This document shows positions 38,138 through 47,730 of a stretch of DNA of 64,000 nucleotides, piece by piece. Made by a program: the position numbers and the translations under genes. Location: positions 4,448,001-4,512,000 of the forward strand of contig OY761159.2 in NCBI GenBank assembly GCA_963664395.2, given 5' to 3'. How positions within the stretch are numbered: the first letter of the stretch is position 1; each line of letters starts with the position of its first letter. The notes beneath the pieces are model-generated. The model was not told the origin of the DNA. It saw nothing but the letters and a program-made list of their open reading frames with translations, and made no database searches. The stretch comes from Candidatus Binatia bacterium (GTDB lineage: Bacteria; Desulfobacterota; Binatia; Bin18).

Positions 38138-38893
38138 TCACACCAGATAGCCGCCGTTCGGGCTCAGCACCTGCCCGGTCACATAGGCGGCATCGTCTGA
38201 GGCCAGATACAAATGGGCCGCGGCGATGTCTCCGGGTTTGCCCATCTGGCGCATGGGAATACGACGGATAAAGAAATCAACAACTTTCTCGGAGGCAGGT
38301 CCCGTGCCTTGTTTGACCATGGGTGTTTCAATCAATCCAGGGGCAACCGCGTTCACCGTAATGCCTGACCGCGCATACTCCAGGGCTAACGAGCGCGTAA
38401 AACCAATAATGGCTGCCTTTGCCGCAGCGTAGTGCGCGTTTTGCGGACCGCCGGTCATGCCGGCAACAGAGGCGGTGTTAATCACCCTCCCCCACTTTGC
38501 TTCTATCATATCCCCGATCACGGCCCGCGTGCACAGAAAGGTGCCCTTCATGTGGACATCGATCATGCGCTGCCACTCTTCAGGCATGATATCGAGCAGA
38601 TCCTTGATCTGGGCAATCCCGGCGTTGTTCACAAGAATATGGATTGGTCCATATTCGCTCCTGGCCTGATCAACCAGAGCGTTGACGGCCTGGCGCTGGG
38701 TCACATCGGCCTGAAGACCTATGGCCGGAGAAGCGTTGGTTTGATTGATCTCGGCAGCGACTGCCGCTGCGCGACGCTGGCTGATGTCAGCCACAACGAC
38801 GTGCGCGCCCTCCTGAGCAAAGAGCTGAGCGGTTGCCTGGCCCAGGCCCGACCCGGCACCGGTTATCAGCGCGGTTTTTCCTGACAGTCGCAT
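38138..38893 (-). CDS. SDR family oxidoreductase (FabG-like)
   Basis: TGAGSGLG, NNAG, YAAAK. Confidence 0.95.
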   Translation of the reverse strand: MRLSGKTALITGAGSGLGQATAQLFAQEGAHVVVADISQRRAAAVAAEINQTNASPAIGLQADVTQRQAVNALVDQARSEYGPIHILVNNAGIAQIKDLLDIMPEEWQRMIDVHMKGTFLCTRAVIGDMIEAKWGRVINTASVAGMTGGPQNAHYAAAKAAIIGFTRSLALEYARSGITVNAVAPGLIETPMVKQGTGPASEKVVDFFIRRIPMRQMGKPGDIAAAHLYLASDDAAYVTGQVLSPNGGYLV

Positions 38894-38894
38894 A

Positions 38895-39659
38895 TTAACA
38901 CCACTTCATATATGAGCCGCCGTTCGGACTGAGAATCTGACCCGTCATGAATCCGGCTTCCTCCGAGGCCAAATAGGCGACGGCATGGGCGATGTCCTCG
39001 GGTTGTCCCAGTTTGCGCATCGGAATGGTCTTGGTCATATTCTTGACCCAGCGCTCAGGACTCTGACGGACCATCGGGGTATCGATCACACCGGGGGCAA
39101 CCGCGTTGACCGTAATGCCCGTTCGCGCCAGCTCACTTGCCATGGCAACCGTGAGCCCGGCAATGCCGGCCTTGGCCGCACAGTAATGAGCCAGACGGAC
39201 CCCTCCGGTAAAGGCACCCATAGAGGACGTACTGATCAACCGTCCCCAACCGGCGGTTTTCATCCCAGGTAAGACCGCGCGAAAGCAGTGATACGTCCCA
39301 TTGAGATGAACGTCGAACATATGGTCCCAGTCCTCCTCTGTCATGTCCACAAACGCGACCTGGGTTCCAATACCGGCGTTGCTGAACAGAATATCAATCG
39401 CGCCCAACTCCTGGCCTGCCTGCATCGCCGCCGTTTCAACCGCATGCAGGTCTGCCACATCGACCCGAAGCGCGAGCGCCCTGCGGCCGCATTCTGTGAC
39501 GGCTTGGGCCGTTTCCTCAGCCCCGGCCAGGTTGATATCAGTCACCACGATATCGGCGCCGCCTTTGGCTAAGACCTGCGCAGTCGCGCGCCCGATACCC
39601 GACCCGGCACCGGTTATCAACGCGACCCTTCCTACCACACCTGCCACGTCAGGCCTCAC
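38895..39659 (-). CDS. SDR family oxidoreductase (FabG-like)
   Basis: TGAGSGIG, SNAG, YCAAK. Confidence 0.95.
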   Translation of the reverse strand: MRPDVAGVVGRVALITGAGSGIGRATAQVLAKGGADIVVTDINLAGAEETAQAVTECGRRALALRVDVADLHAVETAAMQAGQELGAIDILFSNAGIGTQVAFVDMTEEDWDHMFDVHLNGTYHCFRAVLPGMKTAGWGRLISTSSMGAFTGGVRLAHYCAAKAGIAGLTVAMASELARTGITVNAVAPGVIDTPMVRQSPERWVKNMTKTIPMRKLGQPEDIAHAVAYLASEEAGFMTGQILSPNGGSYMKWC

Positions 39660-40134
39660 TTCCTACGGTTTCAACCTGGCGGACAGGTGTTTCTTCTGCC
39701 ATAAGCTCGCCCAAGCGTTTGCGAATCTCGGCCGCCTCTATCTCCTTGAAGGCAATGCCTAAATTGCCTTGGTCGTCAACCGAAAATCGGGCGTTTTTAT
39801 CCAGTTCCAGCGCCAGGCGGGAGATAATCGCATTGCGAGTAAGATGGTCCAAGGCAGCCCGCTCAAGCTCGCTCGCGCAGACCCCGAGCAGCTTGTCCAC
39901 CACGCCCTTGTGCTTTTCGATATAGAACATGGAGTGCCCGATGACACACTGGCCGTACTGGAGCGTGGTATACGTCCGGTCGGCCCGGTCTTCTTCAAAA
40001 ATTCGCTTTGGCGGGGTAGGAAATGCTTCGATATGAGAGCGGACCCACACATCCTCGGGATCAGGCTCTGCTTCACAGAACATGAGATTGATGTGCTGCA
40101 TGCCGTCGGGTTTGGGATAGATTTCGATCAGCAT
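39649..40134 (-). CDS. Hypothetical protein
   Basis: GAGGAG RBS; overlaps next gene start; in operon. Confidence 0.7.
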   Translation of the reverse strand: MLIEIYPKPDGMQHINLMFCEAEPDPEDVWVRSHIEAFPTPPKRIFEEDRADRTYTTLQYGQCVIGHSMFYIEKHKGVVDKLLGVCASELERAALDHLTRNAIISRLALELDKNARFSVDDQGNLGIAFKEIEAAEIRKRLGELMAEETPVRQVETVGSEA

Positions 40135-40184
40135 CAGACCTCTCCTCTGAGCATGCCTCGATACGAAGAGGCGGCGTGGCTGCG

Positions 40185-40562
40185 TTAGGCTTCCGTCCTC
40201 AACTCGACGACATTGCCATCCGGGTCGCGGACAAAAACCACCGGGGCCAAACCAAGATTCGGCGGCGGAGCAAATTCCTGGAACTTCACCCGTCTCTTCT
40301 TGAGGACGCGCTTGGCCTCTTCAAGGTCTTCGACCTGGACTGCGATGTGCGTGCCGATGCCCGGCATATCATTGGCCATCGCGTTGCGCTGGCCAATGAT
40401 ATGCACTTGGGTTCCGTCCACTTCATACCAAATCCCGGGAATACCCTTGATGTTGGGCCGCTCAATCTCGTCAAAGCCTAGAATGTCTCCATAAAATCTC
40501 CGTGCCTTTCTCACATCTGAGACCGGGACTCCGGTATGGCGGATCGATTTCGCCTTAATCAT
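40185..40562 (-). CDS. VOC/glyoxalase family protein
   Basis: IRHTGVPVSD..ARRFY..LGF, HIAVQV, FVRDPDGNVVEL. Confidence 0.92.
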   Translation of the reverse strand: MIKAKSIRHTGVPVSDVRKARRFYGDILGFDEIERPNIKGIPGIWYEVDGTQVHIIGQRNAMANDMPGIGTHIAVQVEDLEEAKRVLKKRRVKFQEFAPPPNLGLAPVVFVRDPDGNVVELRTEA

Positions 40563-40579
40563 TGTCCCCTCCTTTCGGG

Positions 40580-41362
40580 TTACTCCAACAAAAAATTCGA
40601 CACGGCTTCGACAAAAGCGTCCTGTTCCTCCAGCATAATCATATGGCCCGAACTCTCAAAGTGGACCAAACGCGAGCCGGGAATAGCGAGCTGAAACGCT
40701 TCTCCGTAGACCGGTGGAATGAGCTTATCGGAGTTACCCCACAGCAACAGGGTTGGCAGGTGCAGGCGATGGATACGTTTCTTGAGCCCTTTGTCAGGAA
40801 TCGGCCACAGGAATTTCCCGGTTGAGGCCAGGCATTTGTACATCTCAAGCTGGGCTTCAGGGTCTTGCAACTGTTCGGTGAACATCCGGCTCATGGGACC
40901 GCTGGGATCATGAAACACATGTTCAACCATCTGCTGCGGGTTGAAAAGAAAGAAATCCGGAATGGGATTGTCCTCAAGCCAGAGTCCTGCCGGGCATACC
41001 AGTACGAGTCGATTAATCCGGTACGGTGCGAGCGCGGCCATCTCTGCGGCCAACATGCCGCCCAGCGAGTGGCCCATGATATGCGGGCTCTCGATCTGCA
41101 ACTCGTCGAGAAAATCGTGGTAGTACAGGGCGAAGTCAATCACGTCGTCAATGTGCTCAATACCTGTTCCAGCTCCAAAGCCGGGATGGGCCGGAGCGTA
41201 GACGGTAAAATTTTGGGCGAGTGCCTCAAGAAACGGGGCACCAACCATAGGCCCACCAGCGCCGTGCAGGAACAGCAGCGGCTCACCGCTGCCCCCCCAC
41301 TGCATTGAGGTGGTGAATTTTCCATTCCGAATAGCAACCTTTACTTCTTGCATTCCAAACAA
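40580..41362 (-). CDS. Alpha/beta fold hydrolase
   Basis: LFLHGAGG, GHSLGG nucleophile elbow, WG..D, SGH. Confidence 0.93.
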   Translation of the reverse strand: MFGMQEVKVAIRNGKFTTSMQWGGSGEPLLFLHGAGGPMVGAPFLEALAQNFTVYAPAHPGFGAGTGIEHIDDVIDFALYYHDFLDELQIESPHIMGHSLGGMLAAEMAALAPYRINRLVLVCPAGLWLEDNPIPDFFLFNPQQMVEHVFHDPSGPMSRMFTEQLQDPEAQLEMYKCLASTGKFLWPIPDKGLKKRIHRLHLPTLLLWGNSDKLIPPVYGEAFQLAIPGSRLVHFESSGHMIMLEEQDAFVEAVSNFLLE

Positions 41363-41384
41363 TCTCCCTTCAAGTGTCAGCCCC

Positions 41385-42602
41385 CTAGAGGGCTGCGACC
41401 GGCATGCGGTCTTCTTCCTTCAGCGGGTGTGGTGCCCAGCGGTCTTCCCACTCGTTCCACAACTGCTCGCGCAGAAAAGGCAGAACTTCTTTAGCATACA
41501 GTTCCGTATTCTTGCGGGTTTGCTCGCGGCCCAAATTGCCAAAGTGCAGGAGGGAGAAAAGCTGCCCCACATTCATTTCCTTAATGACTTCCACCAGCCG
41601 CTCGCGCACGGTTGCCGGAGAGCCGGCAATGACATAGCCCTGGTCAACAAAATCTTTCCATTTGAGGTCGGCCAACTGCTCAAAACTGAAGGGCGACTTG
41701 AGCGACTTGATCGTCTTGAGCGTCAGATAGCCCGGTGCGGCGGCCCAATAATCGGGAACGTGCAGGCAACGGTGGTAAAAATACGAAGCCGCCTCGGCAT
41801 AGTCTTTTTCCGCTTCTGCGTCTGTCTCAGACACCCCAATGAGTTGCAGATAGCCGGCGCGGTAGGGGTTGCGGTCTCGGCCGGCTCGGTCCACCGCTTC
41901 CCAATAACCCTGCATAATCTGCGTGGCCGGCTCATAGCCGAAATAACTCAGGAAGGCATACATATAGTCATGCTCGGCCACCCAGTCCCAGGTCTCGACG
42001 CTGCCGCCGCCCGGAATCCACACCGGCGGATGCGGCTTTTGAATCGGGCGGGGCCAGATGTTCACATACCGGAGTTGGTTGTACTTGCCGTTAAACACAA
42101 ACGGCTCCGGCTCGGTCCAGGCCTTGATAATCAGATCATGGGCTTCCCGATATTTCTCGCGTAGCGTCATGGGCGTCTGGCCGTACGCAAAATTGGTGTC
42201 CATCGACGTACCGACCGGAAAGCCGCCCACAAAGCGACCGCCGGAAATGCAGTCCAGCATGGCCATTTCTTCGGCAACCCGAATAGGCGGGTTGTACAGC
42301 GCAATCGAATTGCCCAACACAATGAGTGAAGACTTCGATGTCCGGCGCGCTAAAGAGGCAAGAATGAGATTGGGGGAAGGCATCATGCCGTAGGCATTGG
42401 AATGGTGTTCGTTCACACAGATACCATCAAACCCCAGGCTGTCGGCAAATTCCAGTTGGTCCAGATACTCATTATAATATTTATGCCCAAGGGCAGGGTT
42501 GTACAATTTACTGGAAACATCCACCCAGACACTCGGATGTTTTTCCTTAAAGTCTTCGGGCAGGTCTTGATACGGCATGAGATGGAACCAATGGCTTTTC
42601 AC
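41385..42602 (-). CDS. LLM-class flavin-dependent oxidoreductase
   Basis: GFDGICVNEHH, AEEMAMLD.ISGGR, WPRPIQKPHPPVW; GTG start after GAGGAGG. Confidence 0.93.
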   Translation of the reverse strand: MKSHWFHLMPYQDLPEDFKEKHPSVWVDVSSKLYNPALGHKYYNEYLDQLEFADSLGFDGICVNEHHSNAYGMMPSPNLILASLARRTSKSSLIVLGNSIALYNPPIRVAEEMAMLDCISGGRFVGGFPVGTSMDTNFAYGQTPMTLREKYREAHDLIIKAWTEPEPFVFNGKYNQLRYVNIWPRPIQKPHPPVWIPGGGSVETWDWVAEHDYMYAFLSYFGYEPATQIMQGYWEAVDRAGRDRNPYRAGYLQLIGVSETDAEAEKDYAEAASYFYHRCLHVPDYWAAAPGYLTLKTIKSLKSPFSFEQLADLKWKDFVDQGYVIAGSPATVRERLVEVIKEMNVGQLFSLLHFGNLGREQTRKNTELYAKEVLPFLREQLWNEWEDRWAPHPLKEEDRMPVAAL

Positions 42603-42677
42603 GGTAGGGCCTCCTCGTTGGGTGCAACAGACAATATACCTGGCAACATGCCTGGGCGGATATTGCAAAAAGTTGTA

Positions 42678-44030
42678 TCAGCCTGGGATTTTAGCGACAA
42701 GAGGAAGGGGTAAGGGGACGAGGACTGTCCTCGTCCGCAACACCAGCATCAGCACGGCAGAACAGAGGAGGCCGATACCAACGCCGCTAAACCCGAGTTG
42801 ATAGCTTCCGGTCGTGTCGTAGATATAGCCCATCAAGGTTGGACCAACGAAGCCGCTCAAACAGATAATAGTCTGATAGAAGCCGTAAATCACGCCGTGG
42901 GCTTTCAGCCCGAACATGCGCCCGGTCACGAGGGCAGTCAGCGGGGTCGTGCCACCAAAGAAGAGGCCAAAGCACACAACAAAGCCGAGCACGGAAACAC
43001 CGGGGGTAGCCCACAAGAGCAGTGCCATGCCCATTCCACCCAGGGCATAGCAGGCCGCAGCCAGTCGAATCGGATCATAGCGATCACTCGCCCAGCCGAA
43101 ACTCAGCCCGCTGATAACCGCCGAGCCGAGCAGAGTACTCACTAAAAGTGCAGCCTGCTGAGTGGAAAATCCTTGATCCGTAAAGTAGGGATACTGATGA
43201 ATCATGACGGAAAAGAGACAGGTGTAGGCAAGAAAATAGATGCCAACGAGAGCCCAGAAACGGCCAGTCCGTAAAGTCTCGCGGGCGGATATTCCCTGTC
43301 CTATTCCGGCAACGACCGTCGTGGCGCCTGAGGTGTGTCTCGTGTCGCCATCCGGCAGGAGACCCAGGTCCGCGGGTTTATCTCGTATCAGCAAAAACAA
43401 CGCAGGAACCAGAATAACCCACAGCATCCCGCCAAGGAGAAGGAGGGTTGGACGCCAGCCCACACACTCGACAAAAGAGGACGCTAAGGGCGTCATAATC
43501 AGTCCGCCAACAGGCGCACCAATCATGGCTGCGCCCATGGCACGCCCTCGCTTACGAATAAACCAGTGCGAAATGGTGATATTGACCGGCACATGGGCCA
43601 GGGCCGTAAACCCAACTCCCACCCCAAGACGCAGCAGATAGAGTTGCCACAACGCAGTCATATATGACAGCAGCATCAGGCACAGGCCAACCAATACTGC
43701 CGCCGGAATCATGACCGCCCGCGGCCCATACAGACTCACCGCTCGTCCGGCGAATGGAGCAGTGAGAGCAACAGCCAACATAAAGGCCGAAATTCCGCCT
43801 GATACCTGCGCCCGGCTCCAGCCGAACTCTGCGGTCAACGGCTTGAGAAAGACGGGGAAGGAAAGATTGCCAATACCCCCGGCCATCGACATGCTGACAA
43901 AGCATGCCACCACAACCCACCAGCCGTAGAAAAACGCGGACGACCCCTCGCTCGATCCGCCGTCCCTGCCTGCCATGCTGCCACGATAGAGGCCCGGCCG
44001 CCTATCCGTCCAGGGCGGTCGTCTCCTCAA
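42678..44030 (-). CDS. MFS transporter (start may be 43976)
   Basis: FFYGWWVV, FGWSRA, HWF.RKRGRA, YDTTGSY; ~12 TM. Confidence 0.92.
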   Translation of the reverse strand: MRRRPPWTDRRPGLYRGSMAGRDGGSSEGSSAFFYGWWVVVACFVSMSMAGGIGNLSFPVFLKPLTAEFGWSRAQVSGGISAFMLAVALTAPFAGRAVSLYGPRAVMIPAAVLVGLCLMLLSYMTALWQLYLLRLGVGVGFTALAHVPVNITISHWFIRKRGRAMGAAMIGAPVGGLIMTPLASSFVECVGWRPTLLLLGGMLWVILVPALFLLIRDKPADLGLLPDGDTRHTSGATTVVAGIGQGISARETLRTGRFWALVGIYFLAYTCLFSVMIHQYPYFTDQGFSTQQAALLVSTLLGSAVISGLSFGWASDRYDPIRLAAACYALGGMGMALLLWATPGVSVLGFVVCFGLFFGGTTPLTALVTGRMFGLKAHGVIYGFYQTIICLSGFVGPTLMGYIYDTTGSYQLGFSGVGIGLLCSAVLMLVLRTRTVLVPLPLPLVAKIPG

Positions 44031-45184
44031 ATGGCACGAATCTTGGGCAATACCTCTTGAGCAAAGAGTCGCAGGCTCTGCGTCGCGAGTTCATCCGGCA
44101 GCGAGCCAAACTGAAACATAGCAAGCAAGGTTCCGCGTTTGCCCTCTTCGCGTTGACGCCTAATTTGGGCGATCACACTTTCCGGACCGCCCAGAATGAC
44201 CGTCCCATTCTCAATCCCTTCGTCCACGCTATAGCCCATGGCCTTGCCCGTCTCTTTACTGGTGACATTCTTCAGCCAATCGCGCAGGCCGTTTACACTC
44301 ATATGTCCGGGGATAAGCGAGACAGTGCCGATATCAAACGACGCCAGCGCGCGGAAGAAGTGGTACTCTAAATGCGATTCAGCCTCTTGGCGTGCCTTTT
44401 TATCGCTCTCGCCAACGTATAAGGCGCAGATCGAGGCAAACATATCATCAAAATCCTCGGGGACAGTGACGCTTTGCTCTTGAGCCAGCCGATAATACGT
44501 CTCGTGCACAGAGCGCGTACGCTCAATACTGACCCACGGCGTGGCAATATAGGTGCGATTCTTGACCGCAAAATCGAGCGAGTCCAAGCTGTTGGCCGCC
44601 ATCCAGATTTTCGGATAGGGCTGCTGCAAGGGTTTAGGCCAGATATTGTAGTCCCGAACGCGGTAAAACTCGCCATCAAAATCAAACGGCCCCTCACTCG
44701 AAAGCGCTTTCAGGACTAAGGAAAAACCTTCCCGAAACCGAGCCTGAGATTCCGCCGGGTTGACATTGTAGGACAGGTATTCGGTCGGAAAACCACGCAG
44801 CGCCCCCCAAATAAAACGACCATTGCTCAGGTGATCCAGCATTGCGACCTCTTCCGCAATGGCAAGCGGGTGGTGTAACGGAATGCACGTGCCGGTGACA
44901 GCCACCTGAAGATGCTTCGTGCGTTGTGAGACGGCTGCGGCCATGAGGTGAGTCGAGGGCACCATGGCACAAAATCCGCCCCCGCCATGATGCTCCTGAC
45001 AGGTGAAGCCATCCAACCCAAGCTCATCACTGAGTGTGATCCGGTTCAACTCCTGCTCAAGTAAGGCGTTTCCCTGAACAGGATCAAAATACTTATTCGA
45101 AAGGGGATACGATCCAGGCGCACCAACGGGAGCATCGTCAGGCAGGTGCGGCCAGCCAAACAGCACCATATTAAAGACTCTCAT
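44027..45184 (-). CDS. LLM-class flavin-dependent oxidoreductase
   Basis: QEHH, IAEEVAMLDHLSNGR, WPKPLQQPYP.IW. Confidence 0.92.
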   Translation of the reverse strand: MRVFNMVLFGWPHLPDDAPVGAPGSYPLSNKYFDPVQGNALLEQELNRITLSDELGLDGFTCQEHHGGGGFCAMVPSTHLMAAAVSQRTKHLQVAVTGTCIPLHHPLAIAEEVAMLDHLSNGRFIWGALRGFPTEYLSYNVNPAESQARFREGFSLVLKALSSEGPFDFDGEFYRVRDYNIWPKPLQQPYPKIWMAANSLDSLDFAVKNRTYIATPWVSIERTRSVHETYYRLAQEQSVTVPEDFDDMFASICALYVGESDKKARQEAESHLEYHFFRALASFDIGTVSLIPGHMSVNGLRDWLKNVTSKETGKAMGYSVDEGIENGTVILGGPESVIAQIRRQREEGKRGTLLAMFQFGSLPDELATQSLRLFAQEVLPKIRAI

Positions 45185-45999
45185 GCTCCTCCCCCCTCCT
45201 GTGGCGGAACGAAGGTGTTAATCGCCTGGATAACGGCCTCGCAATCCTCCACATACGGCAGATGTCCGGCCCCCGGAATTGTCACGCTGTAAGCGCGCGG
45301 TAGGGATGAAGTCCACAGAGCGGCGTGTGATGGATCCAGGAGGGGGTCCTGCTCTCCCCAGACGACCAGCGTCGGTGTGGTTAAAAGATGCAGGTAATAG
45401 CGCAGGCTGCGACTGTGGAGGTAGGGGTCAAACACCAGTCGGATGCTCGCGTTGCGGTTGTTGATGAATGCGTCGGTCCAGTTACTCAGGTCGGGAACAT
45501 ACAGTGAGGCCCGCTCCGGAGCTGCACCCGTAAAAAAATACCCCTGCAAGCGCGCCGGGTCTGTATAAAAGAGATTTGGGACCTTGGTCCAATCCTGCAC
45601 TAAGCCGAGCGGGCTAATCAAAACCAGCTTGGCAATCCGCTCCGGTCTGAGCAGAGCGAGCTCAGCCCCTACCCATCCACCCAGGCATGAGCCGACGACA
45701 ATCGGCCGTTCGAGCGACAGCGCATCAAAGAATTGCAGCAGCAACACCGCCAAGTCATGCGGTGTCTTCGCCCACTCTGGCAATGAGGATTGTCCATAGC
45801 CCGGCAGGTCGGGAACAAACACCTGGAAACGTTCGGCTAAGCGCTGGTGGTAGTCCATCCAGCCCGGCTCGCCCCACAACCAGTGGAGCCATACCAGTGG
45901 AGGCCCTTGGCCAGCCTGTTGGTAGCAAAACTGGATGGTGGCCCGCGCCGCGTCATCTCCACGCAACTCAAGCGTTTCCTGTTGCGGAGTAATGTCCAC
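45181..45999 (-). CDS. Alpha/beta fold hydrolase
   Basis: GQGPPLVWLH, PDLPGYGQS, GSCLGG, WGEQD, AGH. Confidence 0.9.
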   Translation of the reverse strand: MDITPQQETLELRGDDAARATIQFCYQQAGQGPPLVWLHWLWGEPGWMDYHQRLAERFQVFVPDLPGYGQSSLPEWAKTPHDLAVLLLQFFDALSLERPIVVGSCLGGWVGAELALLRPERIAKLVLISPLGLVQDWTKVPNLFYTDPARLQGYFFTGAAPERASLYVPDLSNWTDAFINNRNASIRLVFDPYLHSRSLRYYLHLLTTPTLVVWGEQDPLLDPSHAALWTSSLPRAYSVTIPGAGHLPYVEDCEAVIQAINTFVPPQEGGGA

Positions 46000-46060
46000 A
46001 GATTCCCTCTTTTGCTATTAGGGTTAGCACAAGCTAGGCAATTCTACAGCCTGTAATGAT

Positions 46061-46121
46061 AGCAGACATCCTTTCTTCGAGAGCACACGGCTGGCGATCT
46101 CCCGATTAATGGCCGACACCT
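46061..46121 (-). repeat. Degenerate displaced copy of NUDIX gene 3' end (copy C)
   Basis: 52/61 identity to 49881-49941; translates VSAINREIASRVLSKKGCLL. Confidence 0.85.
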
Positions 46122-46143
46122 ATCAGTTCTCCCTACCCCGTGG

Positions 46144-47730
46144 TTACGGTCCCGCGCCATCAGGATCATGCGAGACAATGACAAAGTTCTGGCTGTTCTG
46201 CTGCCACTCCAGCGTCACCGTCTCGCCTGTCGTGGGGAAGTCCGGCACCATACATTCTCCCACGGCCCCCCGTAGAAACTCCGTCCCCAGGGTCGTCACC
46301 GTCACGGTTGCGCGGCCTAACTCTTCGTCGTCAACGTAGGCCACGACTTCGTGCACCCCGTCGTCCAGCCGGTTCCAGTTGAACAACAACCCAAACCCGT
46401 TGTTCGTGTCCCCACAAGCATCTTGGGTATCCAGCCGCTCCGTCCCATACGCCGCCACGTAGCGCGCGACCTCTCCGCCCTCGGTCGTGATCTCGATCTC
46501 CACCTCGTCCCCCTCGCACACCCAGCCCGACAGCACCCCAATCCCGCTCTGGAATGAGTCCGCCCCCGGGTTCTCCAGATAGCCCCGGGGCGCCGCAGAC
46601 GGCGTGCTGCTCCCGCCGCGCCTAGGGGGCGGGCTCCTCCGCGCCGCCCGCGTCACCCTGACGTTATCGTCCCGGCACAAGTCCAGGGGGTTGGTGATGA
46701 ACCTGTCGTAGAGGACCGGCGGCAGGGTGAGCTCGGTGAGGGGGTTATTGCACAGATCCAGGAACGTCAGCGCGGTGAGTGGGTCGAAAATACCCGCCGG
46801 CAGGCTGCTCAGGGCGTTCCTCTCCAGTATCAAAGCGTTCAGCTTGGTGAGCCCGGCGAAGTCGCCCGGCTTGAGGCTGCTGATGTTCTGTGAAGTCAAA
46901 TCCCACGTCGATCTATCGAGGCTCGTCAGATGCGCCGGCGTCACGTCGGCGCACGTGGTGACGGAGGCATCCGCCTCCATGACCTCCTCCACGATGGCGT
47001 CGCGCACTTGTGCCGTGCGGGCGCATATGCCCCCCGACAACGTCGTGGCCTGGTCGGTATCCGAGGGGTCGCCGGGGCCGAGTACGTTGCGTGCCGAGAC
47101 GCGGTAGTGGCGGGTGTCGCCGGGGTCGAGGCCGGTGTGTGCGTAGGTGGTGTCCGTGTTGCCGGTGTTGGCCTCGAGGTCGGTCCAGCTGCCGTTGCTC
47201 CCGTCAGTGGACACCTCGATGCGATAGCCGGTGATGGGATTGTTGCCGGTGTTGGCCGGAGCGGTCCAATCGAGGTTGATCTGGTTCGGTCCGTTGGCCG
47301 TCGCGGTGAGGCCGGTCGGCGCGCCGGGGACGGTGACGGTTGGTGCCTCCCGGGTCACCGTGACGGTATAGGTCTTCACCGCGCCGCCGGTCTCGGCCGT
47401 GACCTTCACCTTGATGGTGTTCGGGCCGACGACGAGCGTCATGTCGAGCGGGTTCGTGTCCGTGTTCGTGTCCGTGTCGAATTCCGGGTCCAGGATGCCG
47501 GCGCTCACCGTGAGATCTCTCAGCGTCGCGAGGGTCCGGGGGTCGATGACCGACACCGTGACGGTGTCGGTGCCGGTCGCTCCAAGGGCCGCCCCGTGAC
47601 CGTCAGCGTGAACGCCAGGTCGCCTGCGGTCGAGGGGGCGGTGAAACTCGGGCGCGCGGTGTCGGCGCCGGTGAGCGTGACCGTCGCGCCGCTCGCCTGC
47701 CTCCACGCATAGATCACGTTCGTGCCCCAC
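46144..47730 (-). CDS. C-terminal part of surface protein: cadherin-like sandwich, FN3, LRR, 1x conserved C-terminal domain (frameshift ~47590)
   Basis: PGAPTGLTA..WTAP..ITGYRIE..YRVSA (FN3); L..NALSSLPAGIFD (LRR); GYLENPG..QNFVI. Confidence 0.8.
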   Translation of the reverse strand: MGHERDLCVEAGERRDGHAHRRRHRAPEFHRPLDRRRPGVHADGHGAALGATGTDTVTVSVIDPRTLATLRDLTVSAGILDPEFDTDTNTDTNPLDMTLVVGPNTIKVKVTAETGGAVKTYTVTVTREAPTVTVPGAPTGLTATANGPNQINLDWTAPANTGNNPITGYRIEVSTDGSNGSWTDLEANTGNTDTTYAHTGLDPGDTRHYRVSARNVLGPGDPSDTDQATTLSGGICARTAQVRDAIVEEVMEADASVTTCADVTPAHLTSLDRSTWDLTSQNISSLKPGDFAGLTKLNALILERNALSSLPAGIFDPLTALTFLDLCNNPLTELTLPPVLYDRFITNPLDLCRDDNVRVTRAARRSPPPRRGGSSTPSAAPRGYLENPGADSFQSGIGVLSGWVCEGDEVEIEITTEGGEVARYVAAYGTERLDTQDACGDTNNGFGLLFNWNRLDDGVHEVVAYVDDEELGRATVTVTTLGTEFLRGAVGECMVPDFPTTGETVTLEWQQNSQNFVIVSHDPDGAGP

